64,000 nt of DNA from Paraspadella gotoi (GCA_051294375.1 CM119264.1:12588263-12652262), one strand, 5' to 3'. Shown: positions 1 to 13,529, counted from the first letter of the stretch. Program-made: numbers and translations. Notes: generated by a model from the letters alone, not told the origin.

Positions 1-660
1 ATAAAAAATAGTTTTTCCAGTATTGTTAGTTACTATTAACAAAATAATTTTAAATTGCCCCATATATAAATTAGGCCAAATATGGATTAGTTAAAACATC
101 TCCAGCTATTTCTAATCATATAAGAGTAACATTTTTTGCAACTTTTAGGAAAAAAATCATGTCCATTTTTGTCCATTTTCACTTTCGTCTTCAAATTTGA
201 AATGCCAAGGACAGTTGAGAAAATTTTTTTTATTTTGGAATTCCTTTCTTCCTTATCTTCTTCACCCCTGAGTAAAATATTTTCGCTTATAATCATTCAT
301 AGTTCACTTATGAATTAATTTGAAAGTTGACAAGTCAAAAAGTCGCAGTTTTAGTTTTTATTATAATTATTATAACAAAAATAGTTAAATTAGCTTAAAC
401 TAACAGAAAATATAACCCACAGAATAAGCTTTTAACACCTACAAAATTATCAAAAAAACTCATTTCGTTTAGCCATAGATATTTTTTAAAGACGACAATT
501 AATTTGTGACTTTTGTGTGACTTGCATTTATTTTTAATAAAGATAAGATTTAAATTTATTTTATAGTTTTAAACAGTTCAGGACATACTGACGGTTAATA
601 AAACAAAAAAACCGCATCCTTTTAAACCAATGGAAAGCGTCAGGACTTGTTTTTTCTCAG

Positions 661-705
661 AATCGACAGATTTTGCGGAAATATTTTCCGCAAAATCTGT
701 CGATT
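661..705. repeat. Perfect 21-bp-arm palindrome/hairpin
   Basis: AATCGACAGATTTTGCGGAAA-tat-TTTCCGCAAAATCTGTCGATT: arms 661-681 and 685-705 are exact reverse complements. Confidence 0.9.
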
Positions 706-1540
706 TACTAAATTTGCCAGCAACCAACAAATTGAAAGAAAAATCATGAGATACCGTAAATTTCTTTTCTTATAATGGATTATAAAAAATTTCTTTGATT
801 TGGCTCAATGTAAAGGCAGAAAAGTAGTGGAGGGAACATGAAAGGGAGAACAAGAAAAGGAGAAGGGGAGAATGAGAGAGAAAGGGGGAAAAGCATAAAA
901 AAGAAGGCAAAGGAGAAAAATAAGGAGATAAAGGAAAGGCGGAAAAAGAAGGGAAAATGGAAAGAAAAGAGGGGGAAAGAGGGGAAAAGAAAGAGAAGGA
1001 GAGAAGGCAATAAAAGATAGGAAAGTGAAATAGTGGCAGAGAAAGGTAGGGTCATAGAAAAGGTAAGTTACGGCGTGAAAAAGTAGGGGAGGAAAGAGGA
1101 AGATAAAAATAGAAACACAGAGAAGAAAAGAGATGAAGAAAGAGAATCAGGGAAACGGTATGAAATGAAAAAAAAATGTATCAGATAATGTGGCATCTTG
1201 TCTGAAAAGTTTTGTGTAAATAAAGCCACAAAATTAGAAAGGAGGAATTTGATCTTTAAAGTTTGTTGGTACATATAAAAATTCATCATACTTTTTCATC
1301 TCAAATTAGGTTGTTAATGAGATTAGATTGATAATCTCCGAAGAAATCATTCTTACCGTTTTTTAACTCATAGAAATTTAACTGAACAGTACTAGGTAAT
1401 AAGAATGAGATAACCATAGCAAACCGTTTTTTTTAAATAAAGAAAAACTCATACTAATCACTGAGATCAAACACGAGATGGTAATTATATTAAGTTCAGA
1501 AATCGTTATCTAAAGGACGTCGATCGTACGTGGAGCCTAA

Positions 1541-2370
1541 GATACTACGAAATCCTTGCTCCTTGTCAAAACCTATTCATCCGACGGCCTACGCCTGGAA
1601 CGCGCGACCGCAGGCATAGAAAATACAAAAGATTTTCTACGACGGGTGCTTCTATTGTAGGTGATAGTTTAAAGAAGTCGCCCGCTGGTGGCGGCAATGT
1701 TTTGTTTGTGTTAGCCGAGTCAATTTTCTATTAACTTTAGCAATCTTGTTTGTTACGAATCAAAAAGTTACTCCGCTACATTTCTAGTCTTCCCTCCGTC
1801 ATAACGCCAAGCTCCATTCCTCCTCTCCTCTCATCGCTCTTCTTTTCTCTACACATCTATTTGCCCTTTTCGCAACTTCTCTCCTCTCTCTTTGATTCAA
1901 CTTCTCTCCTCCTCCTCTTTTCAAACTTCTCTCTTTCCTTCCCCTTCCTTTCCATCGATACTACGAAATCCTTGCTCCTTGTCAAAACCTATTCATCCGA
2001 CGGCCTACGCCTGGAACGCGCGACCGCAGGCATAGAAAATACAAAAGATTTTCTACGACGGGCTTCTATTGTAGGTGATAGTTAAAGAAGTCGCCCGCTG
2101 GTGGCGGACAATGTTTTGTTTGTGTAGCCGAGTCAATTTTCTATTAACTTTAGCAATCTTGTTTGTTACGAATCAAAAAGTTACTCCGCTACATTTCTAG
2201 TCTTTCCCTCCCGTCATACGCCAAGCTCCATTCCTCCCTCTCCTCTCATCGCTCTTCTTTTCTCTACACATCTATTTGCCCTTTCGCAACTTCTCTCCTC
2301 TCTCTTCGATTCAACTTCTCTCCTCTCTCCTCTTTTCAACTTCTCTCTTTCCTTCCCCTTCCTTTCCATC
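1541..2370. repeat. Tandem direct duplication of ~415 bp (1541-1956 / 1957-2370), probably assembly overlap
   Basis: Both copies start GATACTACGAAATCCTTGCTCC and end CCTTTCCATC. Differences are mostly 1-2 nt indels. Confidence 0.85.
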
Positions 2371-3428
2371 GGCCTCCCGCCTTCTGTATGCATGCGATCG
2401 ACAAAAGAAGTCATTGCTCCACCGATTTCGTATTCGGAACCGCCGTTGCTCTCACACCACCCTATCGAATTCGGCGATTCCATCGACCACGAAAACGCCA
2501 CGAAGACCACAACTATCTTCTCTCCTTTTTCGGGTTCCCCACTCTTTTCAGTTTTCGAAACTTATTCTATTTAAAATATAAGAATAACAAATAAGATTAT
2601 TAAATATACATCTAATATATAAGGACGCCCCTTTCTTTAAAAAGCTTTCCCGGTATGTATGTGTCCACATGTATCCCTATTAGAACATACAATTCTACTT
2701 TGTAGTCTTAACCCTCAACAATAACGAATCGTAAATAACCTTAATCCCATAACAAATTATCCTATCCACCTCTTTCTGTTTAGACTTTTAGATATTTTGA
2801 AATTTTCAATAAATGACAAGAATGATGTCTAATATCTAATTAGAAAACGAGGGCAGAAAGTAGCTTTTAACTTTGTGTTGTATAGATGCTCCCTCTATTT
2901 CCAGAAGACCACACTAACATCCCTCTCCCCATTACATTATAAAAAAATATACTCTATATAAAGAATATAATTAAATCTAATATATAGTGAAATTTATTAA
3001 ATTCTTACATTTATTTTAATATAATTTTATATATTAAAGTATAATTTAGTAAAACAAGTAATCTTGCAATTTTTCAATACGGAACCGCCATTGCTTTGCT
3101 GGATTTCCTCGCTGCCTTCACCTCTCCCTACCAACTTAGCCTTACTTACCACACCTTGACAGTCCTTAACTTTGATATTTCCCCTATATTTGCCATCTCC
3201 CCCTACTCTGCCATGTTCCCTTCACTTGCTATCTCCCCCTACCCTGCCATCTCTTTTCCTTCGTCCGTTCCATCCTCGAGTGGAACCGTCGCTACTTTCG
3301 ATTGCTTATGCAAATGACGCAGAGAGCAGGCGGCGTCATGTGAGGAGACCGTGGCGTCGATTGTGGCGTTAACGATGGCATCGACCGTGGCGTTGACAAT
3401 GGCATTGATAATGGCGAAGGGCGTGACG

Positions 3429-4390
3429 TCATTCGTGGCGTCGGGGTCCACGCCACGCGTCAATCCTATAAAGAGAATCGTTTTCCTCGTCAATCCCGAA
3501 TCTCGATTGTTTGCTTGCTTCCATTTCTTGATCGTTCGCTTGGTTGCTAGAAAAAGGATGATGATGAACATCTTGATGTTGTCTCTGATTAACTCGGTCT
3601 TCATTGATCGCGAATGTTGAGGGAAACTCGAGGTCATTACCCTCCCTTGTCAACCTGCGACAATCCAACGAGTCACCGCAAACCATTTCTTATAAAAGGA
3701 AATTACGTAATAGATAAAACCAGAAACTTAGAATCTTAGAAACTTAGACTGTGACGACGTTCTTTGTCACCTCAGTCGCTTTTTAGAAATTGCTGATAAC
3801 AATTATTGATAGGAATTGCTTGGAATTAATAAAAAAAAATGTTAAATTAAACGTAAATTACGTTTCGCTTTAGTCAAATCAATAGTCAAAGCCATATCGC
3901 TCTTTCAAAAGTGATGCCATTAAAGTTAAAGACGACTGCGATATCGCTCTCGCTCGACGGCGATATCGCTCTCACTCGGCCGCTCTTTCACTCTCAGCTC
4001 CGTTCGTTCGAGGTTGGTTCTGATTTTTTTCTCTCGAGAGGAAACGCGAATGACAAAAGCGATGCGGTTGGGTACGACGACGACGACGACGANNNNNNNN
4101 NNGACGATGAAGGCGACGACGACGATGTCAAAAGAGAAGATTGTGTCAACGACGAATAAAGTTAAAAGAAGGGACCATTGTATAACGGGCAACGACGACG
4201 ACGACGACGACGACAACGAAAAAGAGGCGCGACCGAAGTGTCGAGGACAACGACGACAACGACGACGACAAAGTCAATTTTCCTTCGCAGCGAAAGAGAC
4301 GATGATGACGCGAAGAATCGGGCGTCAAAGAATCCACGGACGCTTCCAGCGACGCCGTGGCAGACCCCACGCCTTCACGAAAGCGCCTCG
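3429..4390 (-). other. Possible two-exon coding segment of an unknown gene (frameshifted or noisy)
   Basis: On the minus strand: acceptor-like TTTACAAG near 4391, donor AAAC|GTAATT (exon end 3862), acceptor TTCCTTTTATAAG| (exon start 3688). Phases join as ...KSDMALTIDLTKAK-Q-MVCGDSLDCRRL... to a stop at 3429. No recognisable domain, and the upstream exon needs frameshifts. Confidence 0.2.
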
Positions 4391-5010
4391 CTTGTAAAGT
4401 AAGCGGCTTGATTCTTTAATACCAAAAAAACATTCTTAACTAAAACATCTTATTCTTTCATTCTTTCACTCTTATTCTTTCATTCTTTCACTCTTATTCT
4501 TTAGGCCCGAAAAAGTATTATTGGCACTTGGGATCTTTTCACAATTCTACACTTTCTTTGTTTATATAGATCTTCATTTTCGCGCGCAAAGGCCAAAAAA
4601 GCCTCGATTTTATTTTTTTTTCCACGCTCTTAAATTTTCCATCACAGTTAATTTCTTTATCTCGCTTCTTTCTCACTTGTGAAGCTTCTTTTTCTTCGCG
4701 CGCGTCTCGTGTTTTTCACTCGTGCAGACGAATTCGCGACTCAACTGAAGTTTTTTTTCTTTTTTTCCAAATTCTTTCTTTTCTCCTCCCCACAGCTCCA
4801 CCTCCTCCCTCTGCCATTTCCCTCCCCCTTTCAGCCAAAGAGGAAACTGGATTTTTGTAATATTCGAGCGCAATTTATTTTTTATTTATCGAGGGCGAAA
4901 CGGTATGTCCCCCATTCTCTCTCTATCTCTTTCTTTCTTTCACTCCATCTCTATCTCTATCTCTATCTCTATCATAATAACTCTTCTCTCAATATCTATA
5001 ACTCGCCTTC

Positions 5011-5045
<35 letters not shown>

Positions 5046-6239
5046 TTTCTCTTTTTTTTTCACGCACATACAAGTCGATGCTTTATTGGCCTCGCTGTCC
5101 TATATTTCTGTCTTTTCTTTTCTTTTTTTTTCTTATCTTTATTTTCTTATCTTTATTTCCCTCTCTCCCTATTTTAGCCCATTTTATTCGGTTTTACCTT
5201 AATTTTTCTTTTATTTTATTCTTAGAGTCACTTTTTTTTCTTTTAATCTCTTTCGTTTTTCCCTTCTCGACTACTTTTTTCTCCCTTATTTTTTAATTTT
5301 CTTATTTTCCCTTTTTTCCATTTCTTTTTCTTTTTCAAGTCCTTTTAACTTTTTTTTTCGATCCTGTCTTTTTTGCGGATCTTACGTATCTTTAAACTTT
5401 CTTAAATTTTCTTTTATGCACTTTTCTCGGCCTTTTCTTTAATAAACAGTTTCTTATAATATAATATTTTTAGTTAAATCCTTTTTTTTGTCAGTCCCGT
5501 TTTTAATTTATTTTTTTTCTTTCCTGTTCCTTCTTCTATCTTCTCCTTTCCTTTTCCTTTTCTTTATTCGTCTCCCGCTGTCGTCCTTTTCCCTTCTTCT
5601 TCGTCCGACGAAGAAACTGTTTTTTTTTTTCCTTCCAACTTTAATTTCTTCTTCATCACTTCCGCTTCTTTGCCTCTCATTTTTTTTCTGTCGCTCATTT
5701 CCACTTCTCATCTTTCCCTTCCTTCTCTCTTCGTTCTCCCTCGTCCCAAAATTAAATTCGACTTTTCTCATCGTCTTTCCCTTTTATATTCAACTAAACT
5801 CGCTCTCTTACTCACTCCCACTCCCACTCCCTTCTTGGACCTCACCCCATTTCCAGTCACCCTCCCCCCCGTCACCTCCAGCCCCTCTTTTAAGCGATTT
5901 AAACCCCCGCACCCGTCATCGACAAATCGGGATTCGCATAAATAAATCATTTCTTAATTCTGATTTCGAAGGAGGAAAGCTTCGAACGCCGAAGCGAATG
6001 ACGAATGATCTTAGAATGACGTTCCTCTTTTAGTTCACAAACTACTTCTCCTCGTTCTCCTCTCCTCTCGTCTCTCTCTCATCTCTCTCTCTCTCTCTCT
6101 TTCCTCCCTCTCCTCTTTGTGAATCTCACAGCTGCACTCAATTAGTTCACTGAAATCTTTTGTGAGAAGGTTGTTGGAGAATGAATCATGGATAATAATC
6201 ACGCGTGCAACGCGNNNNNNNNNNNNNNNNNNNNNNNNN

Positions 6240-9200
6240 CCTCTCTCTCTCTCTCTCTCTGCTTCTCTCTTCTCTCTTCTCTCTCTCTCATCTCTCTCTC
6301 TCTCTCTCTCTCTCTCCCCTCTCCTCTTTGTGAATCTCACACTCACTCAATTAGTTTCACTGAAATCTTTTGTGAGAAGGTTGTTGGAGACATGATCATA
6401 TAATAATCACGCCCGATAGAGATTTTTTTTTTCGCGAAAATGACAAAAGAGCGGAGAGAGCCGAAGAGAGAGAACGACACACGGGACGAGAGATAGGCGA
6501 ACAGATAAGATGAGACGTCTGAGAGAGAGGACGAGGAGAGATGGAGAGGACGACCTTCGAACGTAGAGAGAGAGAGAGAGAGAGAGAAAGAGAAAGAGAG
6601 AGATGGTACTTTTGGGTCGAAAATGTAATCGCAAGTATAGAGAAACCAAGAAAAAAGTGAGACCAATTTTTTTTTATTCGTATCTGACGTTGCGATGTGC
6701 ATATAAATGCTGTTTTGGTCAGGCCCTTATAAAGCAATCCTAGTTATATTTCAATTCCCAAACTCATCAATAGGTTTCCAATGAAAGCAGTGAGCCGTCC
6801 CCACGACTGCAATAATGCATTGGGTCGAAATCGGTGACCAGCTCGCACCTTCACCAGACTGCAGATCGTTTCGGTTCCGCCACAACCTCTAAACCATCAA
6901 ACAGCGTTCAAGTCGCCTGCCGCCGCCGCCGCCTCCGCCTCCGCCGCCGCCGCCGCTGCAGCCGCCGCTAATGACCGAGCGCGTTTATCATCTTCGCGAA
7001 GGAGTTGCTCGCCTTTCTCTCTTCCGCGACCCACCTCGCACCTCATCGACCCACGAACGAGATTTCTCCTCTTTTTTCTCTCTGCGTAAACACGACGTAG
7101 CGATTCTCTCGAGGGGATTCAACTCCTCATCCCGAGTAAAGGATTTTTATTTTTGGAGGCCGGAGCTGGATCTATTATTCTATTATCTAGGATTAATTCG
7201 TAATCTTTTCTAGTCTATTCTATTCTACTGTTATAAACTATTCTATTCTTTTCGATTCTGTTCCTTTCCATTTGTTTTCATTTATATTCATTTCTCTTCT
7301 TATTGTATTCTAGTTTATCTTATTGTTTTATGTCTCAATCTTTTCTAGTTTACTGTTGATTATATTCAATTCTAATTCTGTATTGTTGAATTTTTCCATT
7401 TTTATATTCTCTTCTATTTTATTCTATTCTCTTCTATTCTGTTCTACTCAATTCTATTCTTTCTTAATCTATTCTATCCTTTACTTTCCCTAACTTCCTC
7501 CTGCTTCCTACTCTCTTCGTGATCTCCTCCATTTTTCACTTCTCCTCTTCCTCTTCCTCCTCCACANNNNNNNNNNATGTTTACGCGTTTTACCCATGAA
7601 CTGAAATAGCAACAAAACAAAACCCGCGTGAAATATCGTTTCCGCTAATTTCGTTTTTGGAGAACACAAGGCACAAATTCAATCTTATCTCATACTCTTA
7701 TACTCTCATACGCTCCTACAGTAAATAAATTAATTTAATCCATTGATATACGAACAGATTATGTTTTATTTTTAGTCTATTTACAGAAAAAAAATTATGA
7801 ATCGCAATTTAAAATATATGAAACATATCCCCCCGTTGCCATAGATCTCTATATCACGCTCTCTCTCTCTCTCTCTCTCTCTCNNNNNNNNNNNNNNNNN
7901 NNNNNNNNAACCTTTTAGATATCAGAATGGAACTGCAGAAGGAAGTTATATATGATTTTTTTTATTTGACTAGAGATGAGAGGAGGGAGAAGATAGAGAC
8001 GAAGGAGAGAGCGCGAGAGAAGGAGAAATCTTCAGCGAGAGATGTTGACGAAGAAGAAGAGACGAGGAGAGAGAGATTATTATTAGAGAGAGAGTCAGTA
8101 TGAAGGTATAGCGTGATATGAGGGAGGATGGCTTGGCATACGTGGATTAAGTGTTGTTCTCATAATATACCTTTAATGTATTGCGACGATTATGATATTA
8201 TTTTTCTCTGTTATAAATAGAACTAAGATAAAGAACATAAATCTGATTCTGTATATCAGATATTGGATTAAAATTAATTTTTAATTTATCTGTCTTATTA
8301 TAGAAATCGTTCTAACCGCAGCTTGGACGATCTTTCTAGCGTGTTTGCTTCGAATGCAGACGGGCCGGTAAGTTTGCGGCGTGGAGAGATAAACTTGCGA
8401 AAGAAAAAAGTCTCGCACGAGGCACTAGATCAATTTGGGAAGAGTGGGTCATAAGAGACATTAGGAGAATTTGTGCCCTGTTTGTGTTCTCCTCAGTATC
8501 ATAACGTACATTAGGGGACGGACGCGATCATTGATTTTATTGATTTATGTTCTGACTTTCGACTTAAGCAGGCTTTTGTTTTTAGCTTCAAATTTATACC
8601 TTTCGTGGTTTAGTTTAGAATAGGTTTTTTGGAAGCAGAGCAATTATGTTTGCGTGCCGCAAAAGACGGCGTTAAATACACTGTTAAGTTGTAGCAGAAA
8701 GAATGAAAATCTGATGTGCAAATTAGCTTACTGCTAGTCCTTGTTTGCTTCACCAGCTACCTCTCCCTAATCTCCTTTTCTATCCTCTCTTTTTAATTTT
8801 TAATGGTAGAAGGATTTTAGGCACATATGTAATCTATACTCCTTTCTTCTAAATATTCTCCATTGTATCTTGCGGGATTCCTTCCTAATCAATTTCTTCT
8901 GACTTACTCGGTGTATCAGTTATATTTCCTCTAATTACTCATTTTGAGTCAGAGGGAAGTTCAGTTCGCGCGGTTGTCTACTGGAAATCATCGAGGAAGT
9001 ATGGGCAACCAGACTACGGGTTGTCCCATCATGTGATGGCCATGTCGTCCATTTCGGGTTTGGCTGGCATGCTCAGTCGCTCACACTGTTGGATCGTGCT
9101 TTTGGGCGCTTTCTCCCGAGCAGCTCAGTTTGGACGTTGTGACGTGCTTCGGCTGACCTCTCTAAGTGAGGCTGGTGTACATCGCTCCGCTATCTCTCTC

Positions 9201-11590
9201 TCGAGCGGTACGGTCACTTGGCTTTGCGCAACGCAGATGCGCGCGAGGTCTTTTCAGTTAGGGCACTTTCATCGGATGGAAACACAATGCCTCCTGGGAT
9301 TGCTGTGTTCGTCCGGGCGCGCTGTGAGCGTCACACTGGTTCTCTGCATTTCTCTCCGGTTAGACAGATCGAGGACGATGAGGTGGTGTGAATTAGCCCG
9401 GCCACAGTCCGAGCATCTATTACCAACACAAGGTTTCACGATTCGAGCTCATCTATCCTTCAGAAGATGCATTATCGAAAATCTCCATAATATCTAATAG
9501 GTCGGCTAGTCACTTGAATTTGATCCCGGTGGGTCAATCTAGGATACTATGATTTTTTGAGTTGTGGGGACCCCGAAAGTTCTAGTCTATACGATGTTAC
9601 TTCCCCCTATTTCCGTGTGGAAAAAGTTGGTGTAAAAAAATTAGACCATTTAAATTTTCGTCGTTTTTTTCTCTTATGCCCTACCTACTAATAGTAATAT
9701 TCCCGAGATCATAATTGGGCGGCTTAAAAAAAAGTCGCGCATCGACTGAAGGGGAGAAGGAAATAGTGAGGGGGGGCGGGAGGGGGAAATGGGCAGAGAA
9801 AATAAAAAGTGATGGGAGGAGGAAACTAGAGGAAGAAGGAAGAAGCCTGAAAAAATGGAGGGGCTAGAAATATGTAGAATCATGCGTTACATGGAAGTAG
9901 TGGAGATACGGCATAAGAGCGTCAGGAAGGAAGTTAGGGGGAAAGTAAAGGTATAGAAAGGTCTACTGAAAAGGTAGATGATGGCTAACCTTTAGTAAGT
10001 CAATGAAAGAATGAGAAATTGAGTAGAGAATGAACTTTAGAATAAGAAGAAATAAGCTTTAACAATAGAATATAAATGAAAATAGAAAGATTTATTGTTT
10101 ATATTCACTTAAAATATAATGGTATTAAGAAATGCTCAACGCGCATAGCACTAAAATCGCACGCAATCTGTTCATGCAGGCGGCCATATGGTGGCCGGAG
10201 GCAGTCATTCGTCCTTCAAGCGGCAGGTCGCGCGCGGTTCGCCTAGCCCGGTGGTACGTTCTGGACAGTTAATACTGAATTAAGAATTGAATATAAATCA
10301 ACAGGTAAGAACCTAGAAAAAAGGATATGAGACATAAAACAGCATAAGATAAAACCTAGAATACAATAAGAAGCGCAGAAATGAAATATAAAATGAAAAA
10401 CAAAATGGAAAGGAACCAGGAAGATGCCCGAAAAGAATAGAAAAGTTTTTACTAACCCAGTAGAATAAGAATAGACTAGAAAGAGACTTACGAATTAAAT
10501 CCCTAGAATAAATAGAATAATAGGATCCCAGCTCCCGGCCTCCAAAAAATAAAAATCCTTTACCGGAGATGAAGGAGTTGAGATCCCCTCGACGCAGAAA
10601 TGCGGCTACGTCGTGTTTACGCCAGAGAGAAAAAAGAGGAGAAATCTCGTTCCGTAGGATCCGAATAGGATGCGAAACGGTGGGTCGCGGAGAGAGAAAG
10701 AGCGAAGCAACATCACATTCGCGCGAAGATGATAAACAGTGCAGCTCGGTCATACTAGGCGGGCAGGCTGGCCAAGGCGGCGGCGGCGGGCGGAAGTGCG
10801 GAAGGCGGCCGGCGGCGCGGCGGCAAGGCGACTTGAAGCCGCTGTCTTGAATGGTTTCTAAGAGGTTGTGGCGGAACCGAAAAACGACATCTGCAGTCTG
10901 GTGATAGGTGGCCGAGGCTGTTCCGAGTTGTCGACCACAGATGCATTAATTGCAGTCGGGGTAGCGGCTCACGCTTTCATTGGAAACCTATTGATTTCTA
11001 GGGGAAGAATAATTTATCTAGGATGGTTGCTTTAAATAAGGGCCCTGAACCAACAACAGGCATATTATATGCAGCTGCATCGCAACGGTCAGGACTACGA
11101 AATAAAAAAAAAAATTGGTCTCGACTTTTTTCTTGCTTATCTCTAATACTCATGGCGAATTACATTTTCCGACCGCCAAAAAAAAAAGTAAACCCATCTT
11201 TTCCTCTCTTCTTTTTCCCTCCCCTTCTTATCTCTCTCTCTCTCCGGTCTCTCTCTCTCACGTTCGAAGGTCGTCCTCTCCATCTCTCCTCGTCCTCTCT
11301 CTCAGACGTCTCATCTTATCTGTTCGCCTATCTCTCGTCCCGTGTGTCGTTCTCTCTCTTCGGCTCTCTCCGCTCTTTTGTCATTTTCGCGAAAAAAAAA
11401 ATCTCTATCGGGCGTGATTATTATACCCATGATCATGCTCTCCCAACAACCTTCTCACAAAAGATTTCAGTGAAACTAATTGAGTGAGTGTGAGAATTCA
11501 CAAAGAGGAGAGGGAGGAGAGAGAGAGAGAGAGAGAGAGAGATGAGAGAGAGAGAAGAGAGAAGAGAGAAGCAGAGAGAGAGAGAGAGAG
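6240..11590. repeat. Large inverted (fold-back) duplication centred on the gap at 7884-7908; probable raw-read artefact
   Basis: About 10250-11590 is the reverse complement of about 6240-7400, and about 8100-8330 is a noisy reverse complement of about 7700-7850. The second arm is full of insertions and includes an apparently random stretch (~8330-9600). Confidence 0.8.
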
Positions 11591-12540
11591 AGGCTCTCTC
11601 TCTTCCCTTCCATCTTTCGGTATTTTTGTCCTCATCTAATTTTCATGATTCTTCCTTTTGCGTCGGACGAAAGTCGCGCTTACCTGACCTCACTTCTCTT
11701 TTTCACCTCTCTAACTCGTTTTCCTATCTGAACTCGATTTTCTTTCTCACCTCTCTTCTTCACAACCTCATTATGTTTCTTTTCAGTCTCACCTTCCTAT
11801 TTTCAATTTATTTTGCAATATCTGACCTTTACCTATCTTACCGCAAATATGGTATATAGGGTTCACTCTAATCAGCACCTTTCTACTTCCTCTCTCTGAA
11901 CCCATTTATCACGCCAACTCTCNNNNNNNNNNNNNNNNNNNNNNNNNNNNNNNNNNNNNNNNNNNNNNNNNNNNNNNNNNNNNNNNNNNNNNNNNNNNNN
12001 NNNNNNNNNNNNNNNNNNNNNNNNNNNNNNNNNNNNNNNNNNNNNNNNNNNNNNNNNNNNNNNNNNNNNNNNNNNNNNNNNNNNNNNNNNNNNNNNNNNN
12101 NNNNNNNNNNNNNNNNNNNNNNNNNNNNNNNNNNNNNNNNNNNNNNNNNNNNTCTTCCACTTCCTCCCTTCCTTTGACCTGTAATTATTTCCTTCACTTT
12201 CTTCCTTTCCTTTTTTTTCCTCCTTTTTTTCCCTTGAACCATAATTGACCTCAACCATCTTTGATCCTTTTTTTCCCTTTCTTTCTCCTTCTTTCATACC
12301 TCCCTCCTTTTCCTTCTCCCTTTTCTCTCTTTCTTTCTCTTTCTCTCTTCATCCCTTTTTCCCCTTTCCCTCTATTCGTTTTTTTTTCTTTTTCTTTTTC
12401 CTCCATTTTTTCTCCTCTTTTTTCTCCATCAACGGGAAACGTATGTCCACGGACATCAGCTTCCATCATTCGATCCATCAGCAGTCACGTGATGAACGGA
12501 GAGACAGTCTGGGTACGGACGATCGGATAGACGAAGGAAT

Positions 12541-12600
12541 GGTCACTGGTCACGGGTCAGTGGTCAGTGGTCACTCGTCACTGGTCACTGGTCAGTGGTC
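12541..12600. repeat. 7-bp minisatellite GGTCA(C/G)T, about 8 copies
   Basis: ggtcact ggtcacg ggtcagt ggtcagt ggtcact cgtcact ggtcact ggtcagt ggtc. Confidence 0.85.
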
Positions 12601-13529
12601 CCCGAACAGTTCAGGGACAAATATAAGGCCTACTAAGACAGGGGATAAATATACGATGCCTAAATTTGTTCACGGGTTTAAATATCAGAGATGGTTGCTA
12701 TTTTATTTCTCTCTTTCTCTCTCTTTTCTCTCTCTCTCTCTCTCTCTNNNNNNNNNNNNNNNNNNNNNNNNNNNNNNNNNNNNNNNNNNNNNNNNNNNNN
12801 NNNNNNNNNNNNNNNNNNNNNNNNNNNNNNNNNNNNNNNNNNNNNNNNNNNNNNNNNNNNNNNNNNNNNNNCTCTCTCTCTCTCTTGTACTTTGTGAAGG
12901 AATGAAGCGCTGGTGAAAATGTTTGTCTCAGTATGTATTATCTATCATTTTTAATTCTAGGCTTGTGATACTACCAAGCTCGCAAATTCCGAAATATTTT
13001 GCTTTCATCTTTCTCCTTTCATCGGACGACAACAACAAGAACGACAACAACAACAACTGCAAAATGGCCAGCGATTTTGCTCGAGAAGCGAAAAAGCCCC
13101 GAAATCCCGTCAACTCGGTTTTTTATCTTCTGTTTTTGTTTTTTTCCTTTTTGTTTTGTAAACAAAGGAAAAGGAAAAAGAAAGAGAAGTTTCCCCAGTC
13201 GTCGTCGTCGTCGTCGTCGTCGTCTTTGCCAGTCCACTTTTTTTTACAAGATTAAAGCGTTTGATTTATGCATTCTAAGGAACAAAGCGGCGTCGGCCGG
13301 AGGTTGTCACAAGGCGAACCTCATTATCCGTTACCGTCTCGAACTGGAGACCAGCTAACCCTTTCCAGCTGAGACGAAGACGACGTCGTCGTTATCGTCG
13401 TCGTCGTCTTCGTCGTCATCATCGTCGTCGCCAGAGAAGCAGAATAAATTCGCCGAATCTGATTTTCATTTTTCATCCGCGACGCCGGCGGGTTGTCAAC
13501 CTAGGGGAGGTGAGGGCAGAGGGTGGGTG

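Noticed and set aside
8330-9600. Complex-looking sequence including the 158-aa ORF at 9021-9497
   Set aside because: It lies inside the noisy fold-back arm, has no motif or splice logic, and looks like a low-quality read segment.
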